A DNA stretch of 64,000 nucleotides from Thermodesulfobacteriota bacterium (GTDB taxonomy: Bacteria; Desulfobacterota_D; UBA1144; Nemesobacterales; UBA2774): assembly GCA_963422265.1 (NCBI GenBank), contig OY729416.1, positions 1,280,001 to 1,344,000 of the forward strand, given 5' to 3'. The notes beneath the pieces are model-generated. The model saw only the letters and a list, made by a program, of their open reading frames with translations, ran no database searches and was not told where the DNA came from. This document shows, piece after piece, positions 11,514 through 22,795 of the stretch (its first letter is position 1; each line of letters starts with the position of its first letter). The translations under genes and the position numbers were made by a program.

Positions 11514-14288
11514 TCAATGCGATTGGGACCAGTTGCGTCCAGTGCCGATGTCAACTTTGAGAGGAACGCTTAGTTCCCAGGCTCCTTCCATATCTTGCCT
11601 TACCACCTGAGATAAATCGTCTAGTTCCGTCTCTTTTGCCTCAAATAGCAATTCATCGTGAACCTGCAGAATCATACGGGCTTCATAGCCGTTTATTAGT
11701 CTCTTGTGTATCCTGACCATAGCTATTTTTATTATATCCGCCGCTGAGCCTTGAATCGGAGTATTCATCGCCATACGCTCCCCAAAACCCCTTCTATTTC
11801 TATCCCCAGATTGAAGCTCAGGTATGGGACGCCTGCGCCCCAAAATAGTCTCAGCGTATCCTTTATCCCGAGCTTCGGATATTGATTTCTCAATATATTC
11901 CTTTACGCTGTCATAGCGCCTGAAATATTCTTCAATATAACTCTTAGCTACCGACACTGAAGTGCCCAACTGCTTAGCAAGCCCAAAGGCACTTATTCCA
12001 TATATGATTCCGAAGTTAATATTCTTGGCAAACCTCCTCATTTCCGGCGTAACCATACCACCAGCAACGCCGAATATCTCCGACGCCGTCCTGTTGTGTA
12101 TATCGCTTCCCATTACAAAGGCTTCAACAAGGCTTTTATCTTGAGAAAAGTGCGCCAACAGCCTAAGCTCAATCTGAGAGTAGTCGGCGGAAAGTAGAAC
12201 ATACCCTTTCTCCGGAATAAAAGCCTCCCTAATTCTCTTTCCCTGCATAGTCTTAATAGGTATATTTTGAAGATTCGGATCGCTAGAGCTAAGCCTACCG
12301 GTAGAAGAACCTACCGGATTAAAAAAAGTATGAATCCTCCCCGTCTCACTATTTATGAGCTTTGGCAGAGAATCCACGTAAGTGGACTTGAGCTTTGATA
12401 AAGCCCTGTGCTCAAGAACCTTTTGGGGAACAGGATTGAGCTTGCTTAGATTGTTTAGAACCTCAACATCCGTCGAAGGCTCGCCTTTCTTCGTTAGCTT
12501 GCTCTTAGGAAGCCCCAGCGTATCAAAAAGAACTCTCCTCAACTGAAGGGGAGAATTAAGATTGAACTCATAACCAACTTTCGCATATATCTCTTTTGCC
12601 ACTTTTTCAAGGTATATCTCAAATTCATTTGACAATTCTTTAAGCCTCTCGGCATCCACTTTAACGCCATTCATCTCTACCTGCGCCAAAACCTGAATAA
12701 ACTCAAGCTCCACATCCTTAAATACTTGAGCGACTTTGATTTTTTCTAATTCAGGCTTCAGCACTCTACTCAGCATCATCGCCAAATTAGCTCTTTTGGA
12801 GGCGTATTCTTTTGCTGGCTCAAGTTCGAGCTCATCAAAGGTTATCCTAGATTTACCAACAGTGGTTACATCCTTGTAACTTACAATTCGGCGGTCAAGA
12901 TAGAGGCTTGACAATTCACCTAAACTGTAGCTGCCTCTAGATGAATCTATTATATGAGAGGCAATGATAGCATCAAAGGCAACGCTGCTCATATTAACGC
13001 CATATCTTTTCAGAACAACGATTTCGTGCTTGAGATTGTGCCCTACCTTGCTTATATATTTACTTTCTAATAAAGGCTTAACCTTTTCCAATACATAGGA
13101 AATATCTAGTTGTATAAACGAAGTATTGGACAGGTTATGGTGGGCAACCGGAACGTAGTAAGCCTCGTGCGAGACTGGACAGAGGGCTATACCAACGATT
13201 TGCGCAAGCATAGGCTTTGTTGAAGTAGTCTCAAGGGCTATTGCGACCTCACCTGTATCTTTGATCCGGCTTATCACTTTATCTAGTTCATCCACAGATA
13301 AAACGAGTCTATATTTTTCATGTGAAGCAGTAGTGCTATCTTCTGCAACATGCGCAGGGCCGCCTTGATCTTGCTGAATGGCTGAACCCGTTTCACTATG
13401 GTTATCTTTACCTGATGGGACTCGGGAACGTACTTCAGGTTCCCCAATCTCTCGTAGCAAATTCTTAAACTCAAGATCCCTAAATATTCGCCCTAGCTTT
13501 GCCTTATTTAACCCTTCATACTTAAAGCTCCAGACGTCTAGTCCCATTTGTATGTCCGTCTTGATGGTAAAAAGCCTCCTACTGAGCAAAGCGTCTTCCC
13601 TATTTTCTTCAATGAGCGCTCTCTGCCTACTCGTAACCTTATCCATATTTTCCAGTAAGCCGTCAAGAGAGCCAAACTCCGCTATAAGGCTAATAGCAGT
13701 CTTTTCACCTATTCCTTTCACTCCTGGAATATTATCAATTGCATCTCCGGCAAGGGCAAATACGTCTATTATCCTATTGGGAGTTACTCTATATTTTTTC
13801 ATAACCTCCTCAATACCAACTTGTCTATTCTTCATCGTATCAAGAAGAGTAACATTGGCTGAAACGAGCTGATAGAAGTCTTTGTCTCCAGTTACTAGAA
13901 CTACCTCCATGCCTTTCTGCTCCGCCACTTTCGCTATAGCTCCCATAACGTCGTCAGCCTCAAATCCATCTATCTGATACTGCGGGACGTTGAACCCATC
14001 TACTAGCTCAAAGATTTTAGAGAACTGGGGAACAAGGCCATCAGGGGGAGCGCTCCTGTTAGCTTTATACAGAGGATAAATTTTATTTCTAAAAGTATCC
14101 CCCTGTGAATCAAAAACGATGCCAAGGTATTGCGGGTTGTAGTCCTTCAAGAACTTAAACAGCATAGAAGCGAATCCATAGACCGCATTTGTCGGGAATC
14201 CCTTTGACGTGTTAAGGCTCTTAATCGCATAATAGGCTCGAAAGATATAAGAGCTACCATCTATAAGATACAAAACCGGCTTTCCCAT
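11514..14288 (-). CDS. polA: DNA polymerase I
   Basis: LIDGSSYIFRAY, EADD, GRLSSSDPNLQNIP, SADYSQIELR, QVHDEL. Confidence 0.98.
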   Translation of the reverse strand: MGKPVLYLIDGSSYIFRAYYAIKSLNTSKGFPTNAVYGFASMLFKFLKDYNPQYLGIVFDSQGDTFRNKIYPLYKANRSAPPDGLVPQFSKIFELVDGFNVPQYQIDGFEADDVMGAIAKVAEQKGMEVVLVTGDKDFYQLVSANVTLLDTMKNRQVGIEEVMKKYRVTPNRIIDVFALAGDAIDNIPGVKGIGEKTAISLIAEFGSLDGLLENMDKVTSRQRALIEENREDALLSRRLFTIKTDIQMGLDVWSFKYEGLNKAKLGRIFRDLEFKNLLREIGEPEVRSRVPSGKDNHSETGSAIQQDQGGPAHVAEDSTTASHEKYRLVLSVDELDKVISRIKDTGEVAIALETTSTKPMLAQIVGIALCPVSHEAYYVPVAHHNLSNTSFIQLDISYVLEKVKPLLESKYISKVGHNLKHEIVVLKRYGVNMSSVAFDAIIASHIIDSSRGSYSLGELSSLYLDRRIVSYKDVTTVGKSRITFDELELEPAKEYASKRANLAMMLSRVLKPELEKIKVAQVFKDVELEFIQVLAQVEMNGVKVDAERLKELSNEFEIYLEKVAKEIYAKVGYEFNLNSPLQLRRVLFDTLGLPKSKLTKKGEPSTDVEVLNNLSKLNPVPQKVLEHRALSKLKSTYVDSLPKLINSETGRIHTFFNPVGSSTGRLSSSDPNLQNIPIKTMQGKRIREAFIPEKGYVLLSADYSQIELRLLAHFSQDKSLVEAFVMGSDIHNRTASEIFGVAGGMVTPEMRRFAKNINFGIIYGISAFGLAKQLGTSVSVAKSYIEEYFRRYDSVKEYIEKSISEARDKGYAETILGRRRPIPELQSGDRNRRGFGERMAMNTPIQGSAADIIKIAMVRIHKRLINGYEARMILQVHDELLFEAKETELDDLSQVVRQDMEGAWELSVPLKVDIGTGRNWSQSH

Positions 14289-14448
14289 AATATTGTCCCC
14301 GACCCCTGAATAGAGGTATATGCAGAACTAGTCCTGGTATAGGTAAGAGTGTAGGTTCTAAAGAGTAGAGTGTCAAAAAGACGGTAGGATATGCACGCTC
14401 GTAGTGCAAAAATATAGCGTTTTTAGTTATCCTTAATCTTGGTATCTC

Positions 14449-16266
14449 ATGAATATAACAAAAAATAGATTGAGACATCTTCCGACTTCCACGGGGATTT
14501 ATTTGCTAAAAGATAAAATAGGGGAAACTCTATATATAGGAAAGGCTAAAAATTTAAGAAGCCGTATATTCTCATATCTAAACCAAGAAGAAAATGCTCA
14601 GCGTCCCCATATAGCGCATCTTATGAGAGAGGTGCAGGACGTGGAGTACGTTGTAACGAATAATGAGCGTGCAGCACTTTTACTCGAGAACTCTCTCATA
14701 AAACAGAAGAAGCCCAAATATAATATACGGCTCAAGGACGACAAAAATTACTTGTCCTTGAGACTAGATATAAGAGAGGCGGTCCCAAGGCTTGCGCTGA
14801 CGAGACGGGTACTAAGAGACGGCGCATTATATTATGGTCCGTTCACCTCAGCGGATGCTATTAAGAAAACGAAACGGCTGATTCATAAAGTATTTCCACT
14901 CCGCGATTGCACAGATGAAAAGTTTAGGCGTCATTCCCTCAGACCATGTCTTAATTATTATATGAAACAATGTTTGGGACCCTGCACTAAGAAGTCGGAC
15001 GACAAAAAATACAGGGCGGTAGTTGAACAGGTAAGAATGTTTCTTAAAGGAGAAAAGAAGCAGGTTACTAATCTCATCAAAGAAAATATGGAAAGAGCTT
15101 CTGAAGAGACGAGGTTTGAGGATGCTGCGCATTATAGGGATCAACTTAGGCTTCTCGAAAAAAATATCTCATCTAGAATGTTTGTTACGCCGAACACTCA
15201 AGATATGGACGTCGTAGGCCTCTACAGACAGGGACACGTTGCAGAATTCGCCATACTCTTTTTGAGGGGCGGGAGCTTGGTGGACAGAGAAGCGTATTCA
15301 TTTACGAAAGTGGCAGGGACCCACGAAGAGATACTAGAAGACTTTCTATCACAGTTTTACGGCAGTAACAGATTTATACCCAATAAGATTATCATTCCTT
15401 TTGTAACAGGGGATAAGCTGGCTCTTTCCCAGATTCTTACAGAAAAACAAGGACGCAAGGTGAGTATAGAGGTGCCTAAACGGGGAGAAAGACTTAAACT
15501 CGCTAACCTCGCAAATATAAATGCGGCAGAGAATTTCCAAAGAAAAAGCACCGAACACTTAAACAAAATAGATCTACTTAAAAGGATCAAATCGTTTCTA
15601 CACCTACCTCGCCTTCCAGTCTCAATTGAATGTTGCGATATTTCAAATATTCAGGGGTCTATAACAGTCGCTTCTATAATAAGATTTGAAAATGGAGAGC
15701 CTGTAAAGGATAAATACAAGAGATTCAGAATCAAAACGGTTAAGGGTCCTGATGATTATTCCAGTATGCATGAGGCGTTATCAAGAAGGTTTGCAAGAGT
15801 TGATCAGGACGGATGGGAGGCTCCCGACCTGATGTTGATAGATGGCGGAAAAGGGCAACTCAACATAGCCCATCAAGTTTTAGATGAGATTGGATACCTA
15901 GACAAGGTTGGCATTGCCTCAATAGCTAAAGGGAAAGAGGAAGGAGAAGTTGATAAAGTTTATATGCACTGCAGTAGAACTCCAGCAGTGCTCTCCAGGA
16001 ACTCGCATCTACTACTCCTTTTGATGCGTATTAGGGATGAGGCACACCGGTTTGCTATTACTTACCATAAAAAACTAAGGAGCAAGGAAACCCTTAGATC
16101 CGAGCTAGATGGGGTGCCCGGCATAGGGATTAAACGCAAGAGAGCACTGATAAAACGGTTTGGAAGCATCTCAAAGATTAGAGAAGCTTCGGTGAATGAA
16201 ATTGCTTCTGTTCCTGGAGTAAATGAAAGACTTGCAGAAAATCTTAAGAATCACCTTTCTTACTAA
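14449..16266 (+). CDS. uvrC: Excinuclease ABC subunit C
   Basis: GIY-YIG N-terminus (YIGKAKNLR), [21 protein letters not shown]-terminal HhH. Confidence 0.97.
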   Translation: MNITKNRLRHLPTSTGIYLLKDKIGETLYIGKAKNLRSRIFSYLNQEENAQRPHIAHLMREVQDVEYVVTNNERAALLLENSLIKQKKPKYNIRLKDDKNYLSLRLDIREAVPRLALTRRVLRDGALYYGPFTSADAIKKTKRLIHKVFPLRDCTDEKFRRHSLRPCLNYYMKQCLGPCTKKSDDKKYRAVVEQVRMFLKGEKKQVTNLIKENMERASEETRFEDAAHYRDQLRLLEKNISSRMFVTPNTQDMDVVGLYRQGHVAEFAILFLRGGSLVDREAYSFTKVAGTHEEILEDFLSQFYGSNRFIPNKIIIPFVTGDKLALSQILTEKQGRKVSIEVPKRGERLKLANLANINAAENFQRKSTEHLNKIDLLKRIKSFLHLPRLPVSIECCDISNIQGSITVASIIRFENGEPVKDKYKRFRIKTVKGPDDYSSMHEALSRRFARVDQDGWEAPDLMLIDGGKGQLNIAHQVLDEIGYLDKVGIASIAKGKEEGEVDKVYMHCSRTPAVLSRNSHLLLLLMRIRDEAHRFAITYHKKLRSKETLRSELDGVPGIGIKRKRALIKRFGSISKIREASVNEIASVPGVNERLAENLKNHLSY

Positions 16267-18268
16267 TTTCACCAGCGTACTTCATCTCGAGTTCCCTCAA
16301 TTCTTTTATTTGATCTCGCTTTTTTGCGGCTATCTCATATTCTAGATTCTTAGCCGCCTCCTTCATTTCCTTGCTTAAGACATTTATTTCGCTAGGAATT
16401 TGTTCAGGAAGAACGTTTAAGAATTCCTCACTCTTAGGTTCTTTAGCAACTGTGTAGTAATCCGCCTCATATATACTTGATAGTATATCATTGACCGATT
16501 TGTTGACTCCAGTTGCAGTGATACCGTTTTCCCGATTGTATTTCTCCTGAATCTTCCTTCTTCTGTTTGTCTCCGAAATAGCACCCGACATCGAAGACGT
16601 GACCTTATCCGCATATAAAATCACTTGTCCATCTACATTCCTCGCAGTTCTACCAAACATCTGTATAAGGGAGGTCTCAGAGCGGAGATACCCCTCTTTG
16701 TCAGCGTCAAGTATGGCAACAAGCGATACCTCAGGTATGTCCAAACCCTCTCTTAATAAATTAATTCCCACAAGAACGTCAAATTTTCCAAGTCTCAAAT
16801 CCCTCAATATGGCTATCCTCTCAAGCGTATTAATGTCTGAGTGCAGGTAATGCACTTTTACTCCAAGCTCTTTGTAGTAAAAAGTTAAGTCTTCCGCCAT
16901 TCTTTTGGTAAGAGTGGTAACGAGAGACCTGCTTCCCTTCTCAGCTCTTCTCCTTATTTCTTCTAACAAGTCATCTACCTGATTGTTAACGGGTCTTATT
17001 TCAACCTTAGGATCGGCAAGCCCAGTGGGGCGTATAATTTGCTCTGTTATAGCACCTTCCGCTTTGTCTATTTCATAAGTACCGGGGGTCGCAGAAACAT
17101 ATATCGTCTGCGGCATTTTTTCTTCAAACTCAGAGAAGTTAAGGGGCCTATTATCTAAGGCTGAAGGCAGCCTGAAACCATGCTCCACTAGATTCATCTT
17201 CCTACTCCTGTCCCCCCCATACATTGCCCTCAACTGCGGAATCATCTGGTGACTCTCGTCAATTATCATTAAAAAATCTTTGGGAAAGTAATCAAGTAAA
17301 GTCCATGGGGGCTGCCCAGCTAATCTTCCAGAAATATGCCTTGAATAATTTTCAATACCTGGACAAAAACCCATATTTCTAAGAAGCTCTAGGTCATAAT
17401 TTGTCTTTTCTTCAAGTCTTTGTCTCTCCACCAGCATTTTCCGCGCTTCAAGGTATTTGAGCCTTTCCGCAAGCTCTTTTTCTATGTTCTCAATTGCCCT
17501 TTCATGCCTATATTTAGGGGCTGCGTAGTGAGAACCAGGATATATCGCCGCTTTTGCAAGAGGCCTTAAAGTCTTCCCCCTAACTGGATCTATTTCTCTT
17601 AGTGAATCTACTTGATTCCCAAAAAACTCTATTCTTAGAGCAGTCTTATCATAGTGAGATGGAAAAACATCCACGATATTTCCCTTCACACGAAAACTGT
17701 TCCTATGCAGATCAACCCCTACTCTTTCATATTGAATTTCCGCAAGCTTGTCCACCAACTCATCTCTATCAAGCTCCATACCATTCTTAACTACCGTGAG
17801 AAGGCTATAATAGTGCATAGGAGCACCAATCCCATATATACATGATACGCTAGCCACTATTATTACACCCCTTCCTTCAAAGAGCGACGTGGTAGAAGCA
17901 TGGCGCAATCTATCTATATGCTCATTAACCTGAGCGTCTTTTTCTATGTAGGTATCAGTTGACGGTATATAGGCTTCAGGCTGATAGTAATCATAATAGC
18001 TCACAAAATATCTAACTGCATTTTGCGGGAACAGATCTTTTAATTCTCCATAGAGCTGTGCTGCTAAGGTCTTATTATGGGCGATAATTAGGGTGGGTCG
18101 CTCTAAAATTGCAATTACGTTCGCAACTGTGAACGTCTTGCCACTACCAGTAACTCCGAGAAGTACTTGATGCTTGTCACCTCGGAGGACGCCCTCGGTA
18201 AGCTCTTTGATTGCGTCTGGCTGATCACCAGTTGGGTAAAACTCAGAATGTAGCTTAAAGATGTCCAC
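16244..18268 (-). CDS. uvrB: Excinuclease ABC subunit B
   Basis: [39 protein letters not shown]-terminal UVR domain. Confidence 0.98.
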   Translation of the reverse strand: MDIFKLHSEFYPTGDQPDAIKELTEGVLRGDKHQVLLGVTGSGKTFTVANVIAILERPTLIIAHNKTLAAQLYGELKDLFPQNAVRYFVSYYDYYQPEAYIPSTDTYIEKDAQVNEHIDRLRHASTTSLFEGRGVIIVASVSCIYGIGAPMHYYSLLTVVKNGMELDRDELVDKLAEIQYERVGVDLHRNSFRVKGNIVDVFPSHYDKTALRIEFFGNQVDSLREIDPVRGKTLRPLAKAAIYPGSHYAAPKYRHERAIENIEKELAERLKYLEARKMLVERQRLEEKTNYDLELLRNMGFCPGIENYSRHISGRLAGQPPWTLLDYFPKDFLMIIDESHQMIPQLRAMYGGDRSRKMNLVEHGFRLPSALDNRPLNFSEFEEKMPQTIYVSATPGTYEIDKAEGAITEQIIRPTGLADPKVEIRPVNNQVDDLLEEIRRRAEKGSRSLVTTLTKRMAEDLTFYYKELGVKVHYLHSDINTLERIAILRDLRLGKFDVLVGINLLREGLDIPEVSLVAILDADKEGYLRSETSLIQMFGRTARNVDGQVILYADKVTSSMSGAISETNRRRKIQEKYNRENGITATGVNKSVNDILSSIYEADYYTVAKEPKSEEFLNVLPEQIPSEINVLSKEMKEAAKNLEYEIAAKKRDQIKELRELEMKYAGEISKKGDS

Positions 18269-18437
18269 TATGTAAAGATGGATTCATAACCAGAGATGGG
18301 AATCACCCCCATTACACAGGTAGATGAAAAGCATATTTGCACATGTTGTAAGTGAAGCATAGATTACAGAACTCCAACTCCATGCATTTAGAATGACGGT
18401 TTTCACCTTTTAACGTTATCTATCTCTCACCAGCAAC

Positions 18438-18977
18438 CTACTGATACTGTAGGTGAAGCTCAGGAACCCTTTCCTCTATCCTCTTTTCTTTATCTCTTTC
18501 CTCACCCTCCAATAATGCCATATCCTCGGGCACCCCAATTATTCGCCGCAAGGATTTTAACTCTTGTTTTGTCCGCTTACGGCTTTGCTTCATCTTTTTG
18601 CTTCTAACACGCAACTCCCGCAATATATCTGACATGCTCTCCCGGTCACCCTCACTTACGTAACTAATCCGACCCCGTCGGGACATCATATCTCGGACAA
18701 ATCTATACTTATCATACTCCTCATCCGGTATAAAGTTATCTAAAAATCTATAAGCCTCCTCTATTATCTCACGTTCCCCTATATAGTCTTCGTGAAGCAA
18801 GTATATACCCATTGCGTGGCGTATTACCCCCACCGAATAAGGCAACATAGATTCTGGTAATGCCCACGGAAGTATGTTAAGCGCTCGCGCTCCTTTTCCA
18901 CGTTTAATCAACTCTAATACTTCCCCATACTTACTCAGCACTTCCCCAGGATGTAGCCCTTCTTGTTTCTGTTTCAT
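18438..18977 (-). CDS. Hypothetical protein
   Basis: 179-aa ORF with purine-rich SD-like region; no recognised motif. Confidence 0.6.
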   Translation of the reverse strand: MKQKQEGLHPGEVLSKYGEVLELIKRGKGARALNILPWALPESMLPYSVGVIRHAMGIYLLHEDYIGEREIIEEAYRFLDNFIPDEEYDKYRFVRDMMSRRGRISYVSEGDRESMSDILRELRVRSKKMKQSRKRTKQELKSLRRIIGVPEDMALLEGEERDKEKRIEERVPELHLQYQ

Positions 18978-19137
18978 TCTGTTACTTCCCTCTATCCTTT
19001 TTGCACTGTCTTCTTATACCACAATTATATGACATAGAATGACGATATGTCTATATAGTGTGGTGTGATATGAACTCACTACACCTTATACCTATTCTTC
19101 TCCATAATACCCATTCTTCTCCATAACCCCTACTACA

Positions 19138-19180
19138 TAAAAAAAGCAGGAGCCCCTTATATCACAAAGAGACCCCTGCC
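19138..19180 (-). terminator. Rho-independent terminator downstream of the adc-like pair
   Basis: Minus strand GCAGGGGTCTCTTTGTGATATAAGGGGCTCCTGC hairpin followed by a T run. Confidence 0.75.
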
Positions 19181-19222
19181 ACTTTACTTATATTAATCGC
19201 CTGCTCTCCTAAATACTACAAC

Positions 19223-20194
19223 CTACCCCTGTGAATACTGTGGCAACAAGAACCTATGGCGCATCGTATACTTAAACGGCGTAGAATACAATATCTGACC
19301 CAAATCATCATCACCACGCTCTACCGTCTTACTCCATATCGTTAACGCAGGTGGTATTATCAAATTAAACGTGAAACTTATCAATCCCACTACCTCAGTC
19401 GCAGGTATCTGACCACCCATAAAATCAAATGGAGTCCCTGACATATACCACGAACGTATATCTCCACCCGTAGCCGTCCGGATACTCTCAGGATTTAACT
19501 GAAAACGATGCCCTGTCCCAAAACCAGGTGGTAAGTCTGATGGCAAATACGTTACCTCATGGATACTGTTACTTACATCAGGCCGCGTCGTTATCCTGTA
19601 ATTCATTCGACCCCAATCCGTCTTACCATAAAACGTCGGCCGCGTCGATAACGGCTTGTCAGAATACCGCCCATTAGCCGTGTGTAGTATATATCCCCTA
19701 CGCTCCATCAAATGATTAAAATAATTGTTGTTCGTCCCATGCTCAAAACCCGCTATATATGCAGCCTTCTTTGGAAATCCAAACGGCTCCTTACCCGCAA
19801 ATATAGGAGAATCATTAGACAAATACATATATGGATAATATCCAGCCTTGTATATCTGCCCATCTCCTGAATCTACCGTAGCTGAAAACGTTACTCCCAT
19901 CTCCATATACGGACCCAACATCGTGTTACGATGTATCACATACCAAAACTCTATTACATCATCCTGCACCTCTATCGGCTCAGGAACTACCGCCTTCATA
20001 CTGCTTATGTCCGCTCGTACTACATAAGCCATCCAACGACTCTCTGTATACGTCAACGGTATTATGTCATAGTCAAATACAGGATCCGCCACACCTTGAG
20101 ATATGATGTGAATCCTATCCCTATCTCGAGGCAAAGGTGGTACCTCCCCCTCTGCCAACCATGGATAGCTATATTCATTCGCTTGTAATCCCAT
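19223..20194 (-). CDS. Acetoacetate decarboxylase-like (ADC superfamily) protein
   Basis: GPYMEMG, YYPYMYL, GKEPFGFPKK (Schiff-base Lys motif). Confidence 0.8.
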   Translation of the reverse strand: MGLQANEYSYPWLAEGEVPPLPRDRDRIHIISQGVADPVFDYDIIPLTYTESRWMAYVVRADISSMKAVVPEPIEVQDDVIEFWYVIHRNTMLGPYMEMGVTFSATVDSGDGQIYKAGYYPYMYLSNDSPIFAGKEPFGFPKKAAYIAGFEHGTNNNYFNHLMERRGYILHTANGRYSDKPLSTRPTFYGKTDWGRMNYRITTRPDVSNSIHEVTYLPSDLPPGFGTGHRFQLNPESIRTATGGDIRSWYMSGTPFDFMGGQIPATEVVGLISFTFNLIIPPALTIWSKTVERGDDDLGQILYSTPFKYTMRHRFLLPQYSQG

Positions 20195-20248
20195 TGCTTT
20201 TAACCTCCTAATTTCGTTTTTGTTTCTCTCCTCTAAAACTACTCACCC

Positions 20249-21220
20249 CTATGACCCCTGACTGATTGGAAACTGCTGACGTAATCCATACTTATATGGC
20301 GTCGCATATCCACGATAACTCGCAGGACGCTCATATGTCTCCGTCCATAATACATTCGCAGGAGGTATGATTAAATCAAATACAAACGATATCAAACCCG
20401 TTACCTCCTGTACCTTTAGCTCTGCTCCCATATTGTCAAATGGCGTCGCCTGCATAAACCAGTTTATCGCATCTCCAGACGCCGTCCGCGTGTGCTCAGG
20501 CTTGATCTGAAAACGATGCCCCTTTACGTTAAATATCGCAGGTAACTCCGATGGCAAATACGTTAACTGCCACTCTGAACTAGATACGTCCGGACGCGTT
20601 ATTACCTTCATGTTAAACTTGCCCCAGTCCACCTTACCATAAAAATGTGGCGGCGTTACTTGCTTGTCGTCAAACTGACCCGTCGCACTGTGCATCAAAT
20701 ACCCATTCCGAGACATAGCAAATCCAAAGAAATCCGTCCCCTTCTCTCCACCGTGTACCGTGCAACGTATATATGACATCTTCTTCGGAAATCCTAATAC
20801 TCGCCCCGCATCTACAGGCGCATCGCCCGTCAAATACATATACGGATAATATCCAGCCTTGTACACATTACCACGTGGATCCTTATACGTCGCCGATATC
20901 GTTACTCCAAACTCCAAATATGGACCCAACATCGTGTTCTTATGATCCACATACCAAAACTCTACTAAATCAGCATTCTCCCCATCCCATACCTCTAATG
21001 GCGGATTCGGACATAAACGCTGACGCGTACCCTCATCCACCCTTACTACAAACGCCGACCAACGACTATCTGTATATGTCAGAGGAAGAACGTCTATATC
21101 CCACAACGGATCCGATGGATTCGCTATGATCCATGACTTTATGTCACGCTCTATTGGAGGAGGTGGAACCTCCTTCGTGAGTTCCCAATACTTCGTAGGA
21201 ACGTTAAGATGACTTGGCAT
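20249..21220 (-). CDS. Acetoacetate decarboxylase-like protein, tandem paralogue
   Basis: NTMLGPYLEFG, YKAGYYPYMYL, GRVLGFPKK; same length (323 aa) and shared blocks with the neighbour. Confidence 0.8.
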   Translation of the reverse strand: MPSHLNVPTKYWELTKEVPPPPIERDIKSWIIANPSDPLWDIDVLPLTYTDSRWSAFVVRVDEGTRQRLCPNPPLEVWDGENADLVEFWYVDHKNTMLGPYLEFGVTISATYKDPRGNVYKAGYYPYMYLTGDAPVDAGRVLGFPKKMSYIRCTVHGGEKGTDFFGFAMSRNGYLMHSATGQFDDKQVTPPHFYGKVDWGKFNMKVITRPDVSSSEWQLTYLPSELPAIFNVKGHRFQIKPEHTRTASGDAINWFMQATPFDNMGAELKVQEVTGLISFVFDLIIPPANVLWTETYERPASYRGYATPYKYGLRQQFPISQGS

Positions 21221-21404
21221 AGTCTTAATACCTCCTTACTTAAATAGTTTTTTGACCAGATTACCAACCCTTCTATATCATCTACATCTCTATATCATCT
21301 AATACCACTCTATACGATAAACTATAATACAATAACACTAATTATTATACAATCTAATTGCTCCTACTTAATCCTACCTATCTAACACCTACCTAATAAT
21401 ACCA

Positions 21405-21434
21405 CTTATAACAAATCCCATCACTCCTTGTCAA
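21405..21434 (-). promoter_or_regulatory. Putative sigma-70 promoter of the adc-like pair
   Basis: Minus strand TTGACA (21434-21429), 18 nt, TATAAG preceded by TG; about 180-nt leader to the ATG at 21220. Confidence 0.55.
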
Positions 21435-21534
21435 GAACTATTTGTTAAATTACAGAGAATAGCTGACGATAGCCAGAAGCTGAACATTAACGAGTGAAAT
21501 TATGAAAAAACAACAAACCTAAAACTAATAACAA

Positions 21535-22686
21535 CTATTTACCTAAGATGCTAACAACACAAGTAATGCCATCCATGGCTGGTTGCGCTCCACCCATTGT
21601 TTCTATTATCCCTACTTTAGCCCCCTCCTGCTGACGTTCACCAGCTTCACCCCTCAACTGCCATACTATCTCCGCCGTCTGCAGAAGCCCTGTCGCCCCT
21701 ACTGGGTGACCTCGAGATAGAAGCCCTCCACCTGGATTAACTGCTACTCCCCCCCCGTTTACCCAAGTACTTCTATCCTCTATTAGCTTACCACCTTCTC
21801 CCTTCTCGCAAAATCCTAGAGCTTCATACACCATCATCTCTGCTATAGAAAACGCATCGTGTATTTCCGCTACGTCCATATCCTCAGGACCTAGCCCTGC
21901 TTGCTCATACGCCATTCTTGACGTCCGCATCACGTTCTCTGAAGGATCGCAAGTGAGACCCTTTGGACTTGAGTACTTCCCTGATTGAGCTACACAACCC
22001 AACACCTTGATTGGTTCCTTCGTAGCTAGCTTATCCACTAACTTCTCTGAGCATAGTACCGCTGACGCCGAAGCATCACCTACAGGACAACACATGTTGC
22101 GCGTTAGAGGATCTGCTATCATCGGCGAGTTTAGCACATCTTCTATCGTAACTTCTTTCCGATATTGGGCTAATGGATTCAAGGACGCATGATGACGGCT
22201 TTTTACCACTACTTTCGCCAACTGCTCCGGCGTAACCCCGTATTCCGACATGTACCGCTTCGCCCGCATCGCATATAGACCAGGCATTCCCATTCCCAAC
22301 GACACCTCTATATCATCTTCTTCTAAAGGCAAAGGTCCACCCGATAGCACCCTGCTTAAATTCTCTATACCCAAAGCTAAAGCTATGTCATATTGACCAA
22401 AAGCTATTGTTCTCCATGCCTCCCAAAAAGAAAGAGTGCCACTTCCGCATGCCCCCTCAACGTTTATTGTCGGCTGACCAACCAACCCTATCTCTTTAAG
22501 AGTCCTTTGACCTACTCCCATCCCCTGATATACGTGTCCACAAAACGCTATCTCTATCTTCCTAGGATGAATACCTGCATCCTGTATCGCCGCCCATGCT
22601 GACTCGCGTCCTAAAACATGCGCAGGCTTATCAGGAAATCTCCCACAAGCAGTAGTTCCTACCCCTATGATATATACATCTTGCAT
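21535..22686 (-). CDS. Thiolase family protein (SCP2/SCP-x type), catalytic Cys retained
   Basis: NVEGACGSG, EIHDAFS, NPGGGLLSRGHPVGATG. Confidence 0.9.
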   Translation of the reverse strand: MQDVYIIGVGTTACGRFPDKPAHVLGRESAWAAIQDAGIHPRKIEIAFCGHVYQGMGVGQRTLKEIGLVGQPTINVEGACGSGTLSFWEAWRTIAFGQYDIALALGIENLSRVLSGGPLPLEEDDIEVSLGMGMPGLYAMRAKRYMSEYGVTPEQLAKVVVKSRHHASLNPLAQYRKEVTIEDVLNSPMIADPLTRNMCCPVGDASASAVLCSEKLVDKLATKEPIKVLGCVAQSGKYSSPKGLTCDPSENVMRTSRMAYEQAGLGPEDMDVAEIHDAFSIAEMMVYEALGFCEKGEGGKLIEDRSTWVNGGGVAVNPGGGLLSRGHPVGATGLLQTAEIVWQLRGEAGERQQEGAKVGIIETMGGAQPAMDGITCVVSILGK

Positions 22687-22705
22687 TTGTAGAAATCCCT
22701 CCTGT

Positions 22706-22771
22706 TAAAAAAAAAGGGGGGAAGGGGAGGTGGCGAGGTTTATCCTTCTCATGCCACTTCCCTATCCCACC
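22706..22771 (-). terminator. Strong rho-independent terminator after the AmiS/UreI gene
   Basis: Minus strand GGGAAGTGGCATGAG...CTCGCCACCTCCCC hairpin followed by C run and a long T run. Confidence 0.7.
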
Positions 22772-22795
22772 AATACTCTTATCCACACTTATACT

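Noticed and set aside
16244-16266. Convergent 23-nt overlap of uvrC and uvrB
   Set aside because: Short tail-to-tail overlaps are ordinary
19094-19126. 14-bp direct repeat ATTCTTCTCCATAA, two copies
   Set aside because: Only two copies in low-complexity DNA; probably a local duplication, not an array
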